Below are positions 18,043 to 26,900 of a stretch of DNA of 64,000 nucleotides, piece after piece. Origin of the DNA: a virus; the IMG/VR virus record IMGVR_UViG_3300046514_000653, positions 1 through 64,000 of that record. The stretch is one strand, 5' to 3'. The position numbers and the translations under genes were made by a program. Within the stretch, counting starts at the first letter, position 1; each line of letters starts with the position of its first letter. Under the pieces are notes generated by a model. The model was not told where the DNA came from, did not search any database, and saw only the letters and a program-made list of their open reading frames with translations.

Positions 18043-19064
18043 GAACTGTACCAGTGCCAGCGAGTAAAAAACCGGGATCGGGATCGACAGGATCAAGCTC
18101 CTCGTCCTCCTCGTCCTCTTCCACACGTCCTACACCTGCCGGCGACAGGCTCCAGATGGGGCTGGCTGACGTTACCGATGAAGAAGCCACTGGTCCCATC
18201 TGCATCGGAATGTACGCGCCTCCAGGGGCCGGGAAGAGTCGTTTTATCGGGACGGCGAAGGGGAAGATTGGAGTCCTGGCGCTGGAAAGTAAGACGAAGA
18301 AATCTGTGACTGCCTCTGCACGCGAGTTTGGGCGCCGGGTGGTCATGCCGAAGATTAAGGGTGAAGAGGTGAATCTCATCCGCGTCGCCAATCCAGTGTT
18401 GTTCTCCAGCATTCCAAAGACGTGCATTGTCGTCGGCGATTCCGCACACGTCGGTTGGAGCGCGGGGAAGATTCAGGATGAGATGCAGAGGATTGCGGAT
18501 ACAATCACGATTGACGGAGATCCACCGTACTGTTGCCAGCGGCATTACTCGCGGTGGAGTGTGAATCGCGTGAAGTACTTCGGGTACATGATGCTGGAAG
18601 ACCCGGATATCAACACGATCTGCATTGACCCGTTCGGCAGCTTTGTCGAAGATGTGAGCTATGCGAACTACGGGCTCAGTGGTGTGATCGACCCGAAGGA
18701 GTTTGGCTTTGCTCCGCGGGAAGACTTTCTGAAGGAGATCAGAGAGTTCCTGAATGTCATCACACAGAAGCACACGATTCTCACGCATCACGCAAAACCT
18801 CAATGGGTGGATAATAAGCCGACGAGCAAGTGGGAATTGGACGGGAAGTTCTCGAAGATCGGGCATTATGTCAATGTCATGGTCGAGCTGAAGCAGGATA
18901 AGAAGAAAGCGATTGGGGAGGGGAGGTATAGTTTGGTGGTCAATGACTGCCAGGATAATATCGGGTTGATCAGCAAGGACCCGATTCTGTTTGATGAAGA
19001 TATTACGTTCACCAATCTGGCCGTGCAGGTCAGAGAGGGAACAGAACCAGAGGAGTGGGAATGA
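18039..19064 (+). CDS. AAA_24 / Sak4-like P-loop ATPase
   Basis: IGMYAPPGAGKS, VLALE, TICIDP, ILTHHAK; Ser-rich N-terminus. Confidence 0.75.
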   Translation: MRTVPVPASKKPGSGSTGSSSSSSSSSSTRPTPAGDRLQMGLADVTDEEATGPICIGMYAPPGAGKSRFIGTAKGKIGVLALESKTKKSVTASAREFGRRVVMPKIKGEEVNLIRVANPVLFSSIPKTCIVVGDSAHVGWSAGKIQDEMQRIADTITIDGDPPYCCQRHYSRWSVNRVKYFGYMMLEDPDINTICIDPFGSFVEDVSYANYGLSGVIDPKEFGFAPREDFLKEIREFLNVITQKHTILTHHAKPQWVDNKPTSKWELDGKFSKIGHYVNVMVELKQDKKKAIGEGRYSLVVNDCQDNIGLISKDPILFDEDITFTNLAVQVREGTEPEEWE

Positions 19065-19227
19065 ACAAGAAATTGACTATTCTCATGCCGGATGAAGTAA
19101 AAGAACAAGGAGTGCTGACCAAAAAGGATCTGGAGCAGACAATTAAAGCTCTAAGGTATTGTGATCTTGACAGGATTGCAGACAAGTTCGAGATTCAATT
19201 GAAGAAGTTTACAAAAGGGGCGACACA

Positions 19228-19512
19228 TTGAACTTTCGCGCAACTTTACTTGGCCTGCCTGTTAAGGACCCGGCCAATCCACCTAAGCCACAGGTGATTC
19301 ATTCAAACAGCATGGAGGATGTACAGGCGTGGACTAACGCACAACTGGGAATGTTCCCAAAGTGCTGGGTGGTTGTGGATAAGCAGGAGTGGAAGCCGCT
19401 GTTGATCATGCGCGGCGTGGAGGTGTTGTTAGACACAGATACAGGGACGTTTAAGCAGATCCCAGGATTGCCAGGACTTCCACAGAGCCCACAGGTCCCA
19501 AAGATTCCTTAA
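19228..19512 (+). CDS. hypothetical protein
   Basis: 94-aa ORF; coupled to a 56-aa ORF at 19061..19231. Confidence 0.55.
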   Translation: MNFRATLLGLPVKDPANPPKPQVIHSNSMEDVQAWTNAQLGMFPKCWVVVDKQEWKPLLIMRGVEVLLDTDTGTFKQIPGLPGLPQSPQVPKIP

Positions 19513-19589
19513 GCTCCAAATCCAGGGAAGCGCAAGAAGAGGAAGGCCAGAGCACAACAGGCAATGAAGAACAAACGGAAGAAACAGAT

Positions 19590-19754
19590 ATGAAGCGCAA
19601 CGATCCAAACGAACGGTGTGGATACTGCGGCGGTCCGCACGCAGAAGCTGTATGTCCTAAGACCTGGAAGGGTCAAATTGCCGCTCGCGATCTACGCTGT
19701 ACCTATTGCGGCAGCACAGAACATGATTACGACAGTTGTCCAAAGCACGCCTGA
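19590..19754 (+). CDS. double CCHC zinc-knuckle protein (54 aa, not in ORF track)
   Basis: MKRNDPNERCGYCGGPHAEAVCPKTWKGQIAARDLRCTYCGSTEHDYDSCPKHA*; TGATG overlap with the ERCC4 gene. Confidence 0.8.
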   Translation: MKRNDPNERCGYCGGPHAEAVCPKTWKGQIAARDLRCTYCGSTEHDYDSCPKHA

Positions 19755-20686
19755 TGATCTTCCTCGATCGTCGCGAGCCTCCTGAACTAGCCGAAGCCAT
19801 CCGCAAACATGGCGTGGAGGTAGAGCACGGACCGCACATTGAATTCGAGGACGGGGATATAGTCTTTGAAGGGAACGGCGAGAAGGGGCCGGGGGCGATG
19901 ATTGCGATTGAACGCAAGAAACTCACAGACCTGGTCAACTGCATGAAGGATCGGCGGCTCGCCGGCAAGCAACTCCGCGGGCTCCAACGCACGTACGATT
20001 ACATCTTCCTGCTTTGTGAAGGCATGTGGAGATGTGCCGAGGACGGCAGTGGAAGCATTGAGGTGTTTGGCGTCGAGAAGAAAAAGATCAAGGGGAACTG
20101 GGTGAGTAAGCGTGGCTGGGTGCCGTATTACAGTCACGTGGATAAGCGCAGTGTGAATCATCGCCAGATCACCAGCTTCATCCACAGCTTGTCTCTCCGC
20201 GGCCGGACGAAAAGTACAGGTGAAGCGTTCAGGTTGATCAGGACGGCAGGGCTAGAAGAAAGTGCTGCGTGGATTGTCAGCCTCTACTACAACTTCACCG
20301 AGAAAGAATGGGGGCAGCACCACGCACACGATCAGATCTACTCCCCGATCCCGCCAAAAGGGCATGGGTATGAGTGGGGCAAGGTGCATGGACATAACAC
20401 GAAATACAGCCGGGCGGTGATGGCGGCGAACGGAGATCCGACTACAGTGTGGCGAGCCGCAGCGCAGTTGCCAGGGGTGGATAGACGAGCGACGGACGTA
20501 GCGGCTGCGTTCAGGACGATTCGCGGGATGGCATTGGCGGGATTGGAGCCAGGGTTGAGGCGGAGAGTCGAGCGGTGGTTTGCTGACAATCCTAGCGCGG
20601 CCGTGGACGCGTGGATGGAGTTGGATGGGTTTGGGATAGTGAAGGCGGAAGCAGCGGTAAGAGCGATTGCGGTAGAGGGGGCGTAG
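19754..20686 (+). CDS. ERCC4/XPF/Mus81-family structure-specific nuclease
   Basis: LDRRE, GDIVF, IERKKLTDL, FLLCEG; C-terminal HhH-like LPGV and LDGFG. Confidence 0.85.
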   Translation: MIFLDRREPPELAEAIRKHGVEVEHGPHIEFEDGDIVFEGNGEKGPGAMIAIERKKLTDLVNCMKDRRLAGKQLRGLQRTYDYIFLLCEGMWRCAEDGSGSIEVFGVEKKKIKGNWVSKRGWVPYYSHVDKRSVNHRQITSFIHSLSLRGRTKSTGEAFRLIRTAGLEESAAWIVSLYYNFTEKEWGQHHAHDQIYSPIPPKGHGYEWGKVHGHNTKYSRAVMAANGDPTTVWRAAAQLPGVDRRATDVAAAFRTIRGMALAGLEPGLRRRVERWFADNPSAAVDAWMELDGFGIVKAEAAVRAIAVEGA

Positions 20687-20695
20687 GGAGTAAGT

Positions 20696-21088
20696 ATGAA
20701 AGCTAAGACCTGGAGATGTTTCCATTGCAACGAAGTCTTTCGCTCGCGCAAATCTGCATGGCTGCACTTCGGGCCGGATGACGATTGTGAGAAGCTCCCA
20801 CCTGCTTGCATCGATCCTCTGCGTAAGGATGAAAAGACCCGGTTGTCAGAGTTAAGAGAGGCGCAAGATTACGCTTTTCAATGCCAGGAAAAGGCTAGTG
20901 AGTTTGAAGACAAATTGGATGATGCAATGCGCGAGCTGGCTGAGTTCAAGCGCCTCTCCAACTGCTCTTCCTCAAACGAGCTGCGCAACTGGCTAGACAT
21001 TCAAAACGGACGCGTCGCTGTAGCCGATGCGCTCACAGAAGGTTTTAAAAAGGCCGACCCAAGATTGGCTGCGAAGATCATAGGATAG
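20696..21088 (+). CDS. Zn-finger plus coiled-coil protein
   Basis: WRCFHCNEVF....AWLHFG. Confidence 0.7.
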   Translation: MKAKTWRCFHCNEVFRSRKSAWLHFGPDDDCEKLPPACIDPLRKDEKTRLSELREAQDYAFQCQEKASEFEDKLDDAMRELAEFKRLSNCSSSNELRNWLDIQNGRVAVADALTEGFKKADPRLAAKIIG

Positions 21089-21170
21089 TGATAGGTTCAA
21101 ACTAGATGAGTGAGGATAGATACATTTGTGCGACCAACGCACGTTTCGATGAAAGCGGGAAGAATACCCA

Positions 21171-21425
21171 TTGGCAAAGTCAGGAAAACAACTCCTGCTC
21201 GCCCGGATACGCGAGCGGTTGGATGCGCCCCGGCAGGTGGCGCCTGTAACTGAAATTAAACCGAAGCAACAAAGGAAAGTGAGGAAGATTCAGGATCTGC
21301 AGAAGATCATGCCGCTAAGAGCTACGCAGTCTCGACGGCTGACAGAAGAAGAGTTGAAGGAGGTACGGAAGCAGGCGAGAATGGAGCATGATGCGTTCTA
21401 CGGCCTGGAGCGTAAAGTATGGTAA
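21171..21425 (+). CDS. hypothetical protein
   Basis: 84-aa ORF, TTG start. Confidence 0.45.
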   Translation: MAKSGKQLLLARIRERLDAPRQVAPVTEIKPKQQRKVRKIQDLQKIMPLRATQSRRLTEEELKEVRKQARMEHDAFYGLERKVW

Positions 21426-21505
21426 CACAATGCGTAGATTGTGATCATATTGAACTTTCAATAAACCCAGCGTGCGGTTGCGCATGTCATACAAAGGAGA
21501 AACCA

Positions 21506-21703
21506 ATGAAGGAATCAATCTTACAGTTCTTTGCCTATGCTCACTTGCCGGATCATTTGCAGGCAGTCAGTATACACTTCCATGAACTTGCACATAGAAT
21601 TGCGGTTGAGCTACCACGCAATCCTGAGCGCACAGTAGCTCTCCGTAAACTACTTGAAGCTAAGGATGCGGCTGTTCGAGCCGTGCTCTTCAAGGACGTA
21701 TAG
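21506..21703 (+). CDS. small helical-hairpin protein (possible Acb2/Tad1-like fold)
   Basis: AAGGAG RBS; QFFAYAHLP...NPERTVALRKLLEAKDAAVRA. Confidence 0.7.
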   Translation: MKESILQFFAYAHLPDHLQAVSIHFHELAHRIAVELPRNPERTVALRKLLEAKDAAVRAVLFKDV

Positions 21704-21721
21704 TACACATACACTTTGTTG

Positions 21722-21751
21722 TTGACAAACGCCACCCAACTAAGCTAGACT
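21722..21751 (+). promoter_or_regulatory. sigma70-type promoter, probably leaderless
   Basis: TTGACA-18 bp-TAGACT; ATG 7 nt downstream. Confidence 0.7.
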
Positions 21752-21758
21752 TCCTGTC

Positions 21759-22580
21759 ATGGAATCTACAATGACGATGCGGTTGAACCTTAACGATGTA
21801 GTTCGTGTGAAGCTGACCGGCAACGGCATGCTTGGTTGGCTGGCGCACTGGAAGAAAGTGGGGATGACTGCACCAAAGCCGGATGCGTACCGCTACTTTC
21901 ATATGCAGTTCTGGTATCTATGCCAGATCTTTGGTCATGATCTGCAGTCAAGGAAAACACAGCTATTCGTGCAGAACGAGATCTGCGTCGACTACCCGGC
22001 CGAGTTAGTTTCTGCTCCGATGCTAGTAACTAGTGCGTTACAGGAAGTCATTCGCAACTACGACATTCTGGTTCAAAACGACGATGATATCTGCCGCGAC
22101 TTGGATATTGGACAGCACGGCAAGTATTTCATCCACAGTATCGACGAGGCTCGCCGGGTACTAAAAAGTAAAGTGAAGAGTGAGACGGGCAAGAGCGAAA
22201 AAGACACGCTCACTAACACTGTCTACTGCGAACAGCCTGAAGATACACCGCGTAATCCACCTAAATTTACCTGGAGTGGATTTCAGCCTGCAAGCGGACG
22301 TGTAGATCTGGACTCCCCGTACAACACCGATCTGCTCTCCTGTGACTGCCACATCAGTTGCTGGCAGCATCACGCACAGAAGCGTAATTGGCCCTATCTT
22401 ATGGTTTTTGGTCTTCCTGATTTCAGACACCAGGATATGGAAGACATCGTACCGTACGGCGCGTATGTGATGACTAACAACCCTACACGTTACTTGATCC
22501 ATCCGCGGTACTTTCAGAGCGCAAAGGATGGAATGCGAGAACGGCGTCATCGATACGGTAAGTCAGCGGGGAAGCTGTAA
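21759..22580 (+). CDS. hypothetical multi-domain protein
   Basis: 273 aa; N-terminal LNDVVRVKLT..G...MQFWYL..IFG phage-type domain. Confidence 0.65.
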   Translation: MESTMTMRLNLNDVVRVKLTGNGMLGWLAHWKKVGMTAPKPDAYRYFHMQFWYLCQIFGHDLQSRKTQLFVQNEICVDYPAELVSAPMLVTSALQEVIRNYDILVQNDDDICRDLDIGQHGKYFIHSIDEARRVLKSKVKSETGKSEKDTLTNTVYCEQPEDTPRNPPKFTWSGFQPASGRVDLDSPYNTDLLSCDCHISCWQHHAQKRNWPYLMVFGLPDFRHQDMEDIVPYGAYVMTNNPTRYLIHPRYFQSAKDGMRERRHRYGKSAGKL

Positions 22581-22614
22581 GGAAAGAATCAAGGAAAGTA
22601 ATCAAGGATTAGGG

Positions 22615-23034
22615 ATGAGCGACGATTCAAATCTCAACGGGCGCACCACCACTGTCGACGAGGGTGAGCAGTGGGCGTTCAGCCATAACCTCATCCCCTT
22701 CGCGGCTCTCTCTGACGAGTTGCTCATCGATCTCGACGCCGGAGAGGAGTTTGATTCCGTCGCGCTCGACCTGCTTACCGAAAGCGGCGTGGAGATCATC
22801 GACCTGCTAGTAACTACCAGCAAGTCCGGACACCAGCATGTGTACATCCGGCTGAACCACAATATGAACGAGTTGGAGAGAGTGGCGCTGCAGGCGATGA
22901 GCGGCAGTGATCGGAGGAGAGAGGCGCACAGCTACAACCGGATTAAGCGCGGAAGTAAGACGCCGACGATGTTGTTCGAGACACCGGATATGGCTCAGGA
23001 GGTGGTGGAATGGAGAAAGAAGAGAAATCCTTAA
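22615..23034 (+). CDS. minimal AEP (primase-polymerase fold)-like protein
   Basis: LLIDLD (DxD), TTSKSGHQHVYI (S..H), GSD; 139 aa. Confidence 0.55.
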   Translation: MSDDSNLNGRTTTVDEGEQWAFSHNLIPFAALSDELLIDLDAGEEFDSVALDLLTESGVEIIDLLVTTSKSGHQHVYIRLNHNMNELERVALQAMSGSDRRREAHSYNRIKRGSKTPTMLFETPDMAQEVVEWRKKRNP

Positions 23035-23190
23035 AGCCAGATCTGGAGTATTGTGTCAACCGCTGCCAGGAATTGATTTGTGATAATTGCCGTGAAGTCA
23101 TGGGAGCGGTGTACGATTTTGATTTACAGGGGAATGAATTCTTCTGTCTTGAGTGCATGAAACTTTTGGGAAAGGTGGAGGAACTATAAG

Positions 23191-23448
23191 ATGCTGATCG
23201 GAAATAGTGACACCCAGAACTGGATTTTGCCGCCCTGGATAATTGCTCTCCTTATGCTGTTCGGCATTGTGGGAGTCTGGGCTATCTATCGCAGCGATCA
23301 GGATTGGGAGAAGTATTCTAAAGAGCATGGATGCGTGGTTGTGGCTGTAGTAAACGCACAGACCGGCATGGTCGGGGATAAAACGATCTACATTCCTGGG
23401 TCGACGACGTACGCGTGTGATGAAGGAAGAATGAAGGTGACGCGATGA
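23191..23448 (+). CDS. small membrane-anchored protein
   Basis: N-terminal TM helix; two Cys in the soluble part; GGAGGA RBS. Confidence 0.7.
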   Translation: MLIGNSDTQNWILPPWIIALLMLFGIVGVWAIYRSDQDWEKYSKEHGCVVVAVVNAQTGMVGDKTIYIPGSTTYACDEGRMKVTR

Positions 23449-23681
23449 AGATTGACCCAAGTGTCACACCTAGTAAACTACCAGTGAAAACAGAAGAAGA
23501 GATACGCAAAGCGATAGAGATTCTTCGCGCTGGTGCAAAACATTGCATAAGAAAGGGGGATCGGAACAAAGCCGCTATGTCTCTCGCCTCCGCCGACACT
23601 CTTTCCTGGGTATTAGGGGAAGGAAGTAGTGCAATCGTAGCTTTTCTTGAATATAAAGAGCCGTTTAAGCAGAAAAATTAA
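23445..23681 (+). CDS. hypothetical protein
   Basis: ATGA overlap; KTEEEI..LSWVLG. Confidence 0.65.
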   Translation: MKIDPSVTPSKLPVKTEEEIRKAIEILRAGAKHCIRKGDRNKAAMSLASADTLSWVLGEGSSAIVAFLEYKEPFKQKN

Positions 23682-23684
23682 AGT

Positions 23685-25274
23685 ATGACTGCCCGTTGTC
23701 CAGACTGCCCGACCCAGGACTTCCTGCCGATCATCGGTTCTGGCCCCATCCCCTGCCCGATCCTAGGTCTCGGAGAACGTCCTGGCAGACGCGAGATGGA
23801 AAGGAATGCAGTCTTCTGTGGACCGACCGGAGAAGAGCTGGATCAAACCTACCTGCCTCTGGCCAATCTCTACCGCTCCGAGATCCGCATTGAAAACATC
23901 TGCCGCTGCTACGCTCTCGGCAATCGTGCGCCGACTAATAAAGAGATCTTCTCTTGCGCCCGGTTCTTTCTTCCAAATGTACTGAAGCGAGTACAGCCGG
24001 AGTTGATCATCCTCATGGGCGGAAGCGCACATCGGATTGTAGACCAGATCGGAGATAGGAAAGTCAGAGTTGATATGATGCATGGGCGCCCGTTTCAGGC
24101 TAGTCTGCTCGATGGGCTCTGGACTGGCTGGATCTGGTCGAGTTACCATCCGTCTTTAGGGATGCACGATACAAGCAAGATGTCGGATCTCATGGATGAC
24201 TTCCGAAATCTTGCGGGTTGGAGAAGCGGGGAGTGGACGCCACCAGAACCGGGAGAGGTGAAGAAGGATTATGCGCTTATTGAAACTGCTTCTGCACTAC
24301 GAAGCTATCTCCAAGCTGGAACTAATTTCCAGCGAGATCAGGGACATGGGTTTGGAATCCCAGGAGTCATCAGAAGCGCGACAGACACAGAGAGACATGG
24401 ATCTGCCATGTGGTCGACCCAGGTGTCTCTCAGACCTCATAGCGCCCGTCTCTTGCGCTATCTCCCCGGTGATTCCGTCAGCCGCTCCATCTTTGATGAA
24501 TTCCTCCGATGGCAGCAAGAAACGCGAGCGGAGATCGTCCTTCATAACGCACCTCAGGATCTCGACGCAATGGGCAAGATGGGAGTCGAGCCGGACGAGG
24601 ATTTATTCTCGGACACAATGCAGGAAGCATTTCAGCAGGCGCGCCCTCAGGGGTTAAAGACGCTCGCGTACCGGTTCAAAGGCGTCTCGATGCAGAGCTG
24701 GCAGGAAGTAGTTTGGCCAGCTAGTGTGGAAGCGGCCGTGGAATGGCTGGATCGCGCGATAGGTTTAGCAGAGGAGCATCTCAGGACCGATGTGGTCACA
24801 GAGATGAAGACCTGGACGTGCAAGGCTTGTGGACATAAAGCTCATCCGGAGAAAAAGTGTAAGTCTAAAGCCGGTGGAGCGGCGGTTCCATGCGGCTGTG
24901 AAGACTGGGAACGATTTAGTAATCTTGTGCGCAGTACCAAGCCGGGGGCTATGGAGGCAGTGTTGAGGCACGTGCTCGCGCACACAGGGAGAAGCAGCGA
25001 GGACGATAAGCCGTACAATCCCTGGAAGGCGATTAAAAAGACAGTGTTTGAACGCGGCGGGTTACGGGGGAATGTACCTGAACCGTATGAGTGGGAAGGG
25101 CTGGAGGCGGTGTTAGGACCGATGCCGATTCTAGGGATCGGTAACTGTACAATCACGGAGGCAGTTGCGTATGGATGTTCCGACGCAGATCATACCGGAC
25201 AGGTGGCTGAAGAGCTGGCACTGGGGCGGGCGAGCGAAGCGGATTTGGTTCCTGAGGAGGATTGGGATAGGTGA
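23685..25274 (+). CDS. uracil-DNA glycosylase (family 4) fused to a PolA-type 3'-5' exonuclease domain
   Basis: UDG: CPDC, LGERPG..E, FCGPTG, NICRC, YHPS; ExoI TDTE, ExoII HNAPQD, DTM, GLKTLA, ExoIII YGCSDAD. Confidence 0.85.
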   Translation: MTARCPDCPTQDFLPIIGSGPIPCPILGLGERPGRREMERNAVFCGPTGEELDQTYLPLANLYRSEIRIENICRCYALGNRAPTNKEIFSCARFFLPNVLKRVQPELIILMGGSAHRIVDQIGDRKVRVDMMHGRPFQASLLDGLWTGWIWSSYHPSLGMHDTSKMSDLMDDFRNLAGWRSGEWTPPEPGEVKKDYALIETASALRSYLQAGTNFQRDQGHGFGIPGVIRSATDTERHGSAMWSTQVSLRPHSARLLRYLPGDSVSRSIFDEFLRWQQETRAEIVLHNAPQDLDAMGKMGVEPDEDLFSDTMQEAFQQARPQGLKTLAYRFKGVSMQSWQEVVWPASVEAAVEWLDRAIGLAEEHLRTDVVTEMKTWTCKACGHKAHPEKKCKSKAGGAAVPCGCEDWERFSNLVRSTKPGAMEAVLRHVLAHTGRSSEDDKPYNPWKAIKKTVFERGGLRGNVPEPYEWEGLEAVLGPMPILGIGNCTITEAVAYGCSDADHTGQVAEELALGRASEADLVPEEDWDR

Positions 25275-25627
25275 TGTCAAAGCATTTAACAAGCAATTCG
25301 ACGATTCAAGAGATCCAGGAAGCAATGGCCGCACTCCGGAAATCGAGCGATTTCAAACCGAATCGGATGCTCATCCCCATGTCCTTACTGGAGAGCCGGT
25401 ACGGGAAGCCAGGGTTGAAGCTTGAAGCTATGCAGGAGGGCGGGTTGTATCGTTGCTGCATTACCTGTGGGGCCAGGACTATCTTCTGGGGCAAGGATGA
25501 GAAACGGTTCTTGCGCCGGCATCCGAAGTTGTGCAAAGAGCGGGGAGCGTTCATGCGACAACTGGCGCAAGGGGTGAGGAGTGTGGAAAGCGAGCCGCGA
25601 GGAGAGGAAGGAGGAAGTGATGAGTGA
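25271..25627 (+). CDS. hypothetical protein with CxxC
   Basis: GTGA overlap; 118 aa. Confidence 0.6.
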   Translation: MMSKHLTSNSTIQEIQEAMAALRKSSDFKPNRMLIPMSLLESRYGKPGLKLEAMQEGGLYRCCITCGARTIFWGKDEKRFLRRHPKLCKERGAFMRQLAQGVRSVESEPRGEEGGSDE

Positions 25628-25907
25628 TACAGAATTTGATGCCGAGCACATGTTGGATAGAGCGGAATTGTTTACGTCTTTTGACGCCTACAATCCAATC
25701 ACACGCCTACCTCTCTGGATGCAAGAACGATACTTTGAGGATCGCGCGGCCGAGTATCAACGCCTGAAAAACGCGCAAGCCGCGCTCGACATTCTGCAGG
25801 CAGGTGGAGTCGTCAACACTCCAGATCTCTTCTGGTCCGCGGCGAGCGGAGAGACTCTGGTCGATGCGATCAAGCGCATTCACCAGGAAAGACTCTGGCA
25901 CAGATAA
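25620..25907 (+). CDS. hypothetical protein
   Basis: GGAGG RBS before ATG at 25620. Confidence 0.6.
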   Translation: MSDTEFDAEHMLDRAELFTSFDAYNPITRLPLWMQERYFEDRAAEYQRLKNAQAALDILQAGGVVNTPDLFWSAASGETLVDAIKRIHQERLWHR

Positions 25908-26095
25908 TGGGACAGGTGATGTTCGCCCGCGATTACGGTCCTGGAAAGTGCAAGTATTGCGACGTGGACTTCCGGCGTCCTAACGCCCGCAGCAATGGGA
26001 CTGTCTGCAGCAAAGACGGGTGCCAGGACAAAGCGAAGAAAGAAAGGATGAGGGTGACGAATGCCTTACGACCTCGCGTACATCGAAGAGCATAA
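25907..26095 (+). CDS. small Zn-finger protein
   Basis: CKYC...CSKDGC. Confidence 0.6.
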   Translation: MGQVMFARDYGPGKCKYCDVDFRRPNARSNGTVCSKDGCQDKAKKERMRVTNALRPRVHRRA

Positions 26096-26318
26096 CCGAG
26101 CGCACGGCTGCACGGAAATCTGCCCGGCCTGTCATGGCGACGGAGGCAGAGGAGCGCAGCCACATTGCTCGCAGTGCGTCGGTTGGGGCAAGGTCAAGCC
26201 AGGTCTTGATGCAACGTGTGTACACGAAGATGATCGAGGAGAAAATATCGGACGGTGTTTAACGCTCTATCGCTGTACGAAGTGCGGCAGGCGCAGGGAA
26301 GTGGATTCGAGCGATTAA
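26061..26318 (+). CDS. DnaJ-type Zn-finger protein
   Basis: CPACHGDG, CSQCVGWG, CVH..GRCL...CTKCG. Confidence 0.7.
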   Translation: MPYDLAYIEEHNRAHGCTEICPACHGDGGRGAQPHCSQCVGWGKVKPGLDATCVHEDDRGENIGRCLTLYRCTKCGRRREVDSSD

Positions 26319-26333
26319 GATTGAAGCTCGTTG

Positions 26334-26362
26334 TTGACAAACTCTCACAATACACATACACT
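26334..26362 (+). promoter_or_regulatory. sigma70-type promoter, probably leaderless
   Basis: TTGACA-17 bp-TACACT; ATG 8 nt downstream. Confidence 0.75.
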
Positions 26363-26370
26363 TAAATCCT

Positions 26371-26880
26371 ATGAAACCAAGACTCGGCGGTCTCACTCTC
26401 TTAACTATGGCGGCGTCGATGCTGACAGCGGTATCATACGGCTCGTCCATCCAGGACTACACCCCTTGTACACAAATGGGAGACAGCGCGTATTGCAACG
26501 TACTCTTCCCGCAACTCATGGGGACTCTGTTCTACTCTCCGCAAAATCCCATTGGCGGCATCCGGTGGTTATCACATGAAGCCGAGACCGATGCGATTCT
26601 TTACTTCGGTCCAGTAATCGCCCCAAATCCTTCCTGGTTCTACGTCCCTGGACTGGCCGGGTATTTTAGCCTGCAGACCGAACAAACAAATCCGCCGCTA
26701 ACCCTTCCTGCCCCATCTACTGCCGTCCCCGAGCCGTCAATCCGATACATCTTCTCAGCGCTCCTAGGCATCTGGTTCGGAATGTATGTCTGGGATCGGA
26801 TTCGCCAGCGTCAAACGCGCAAGAGGCTGGATCATCTGCGCAATTCCCACCCGGAGTTGCACGATTTAAGCGACAATTGA
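26371..26880 (+). CDS. PEP-CTERM sorting-domain protein
   Basis: N-terminal signal peptide; AVPEPS, TM helix, Arg-rich tail (RIRQRQTRKR). Confidence 0.75.
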   Translation: MKPRLGGLTLLTMAASMLTAVSYGSSIQDYTPCTQMGDSAYCNVLFPQLMGTLFYSPQNPIGGIRWLSHEAETDAILYFGPVIAPNPSWFYVPGLAGYFSLQTEQTNPPLTLPAPSTAVPEPSIRYIFSALLGIWFGMYVWDRIRQRQTRKRLDHLRNSHPELHDLSDN

Positions 26881-26900
26881 ACAGTGAGGTGAACTAGAAC

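Noticed and set aside
10010-18866. Long antisense ORFs such as 10010..10951, 15751..16707 and 18093..18866
   Set aside because: Shadow frames opposite high-GC3 genes, with no motifs.
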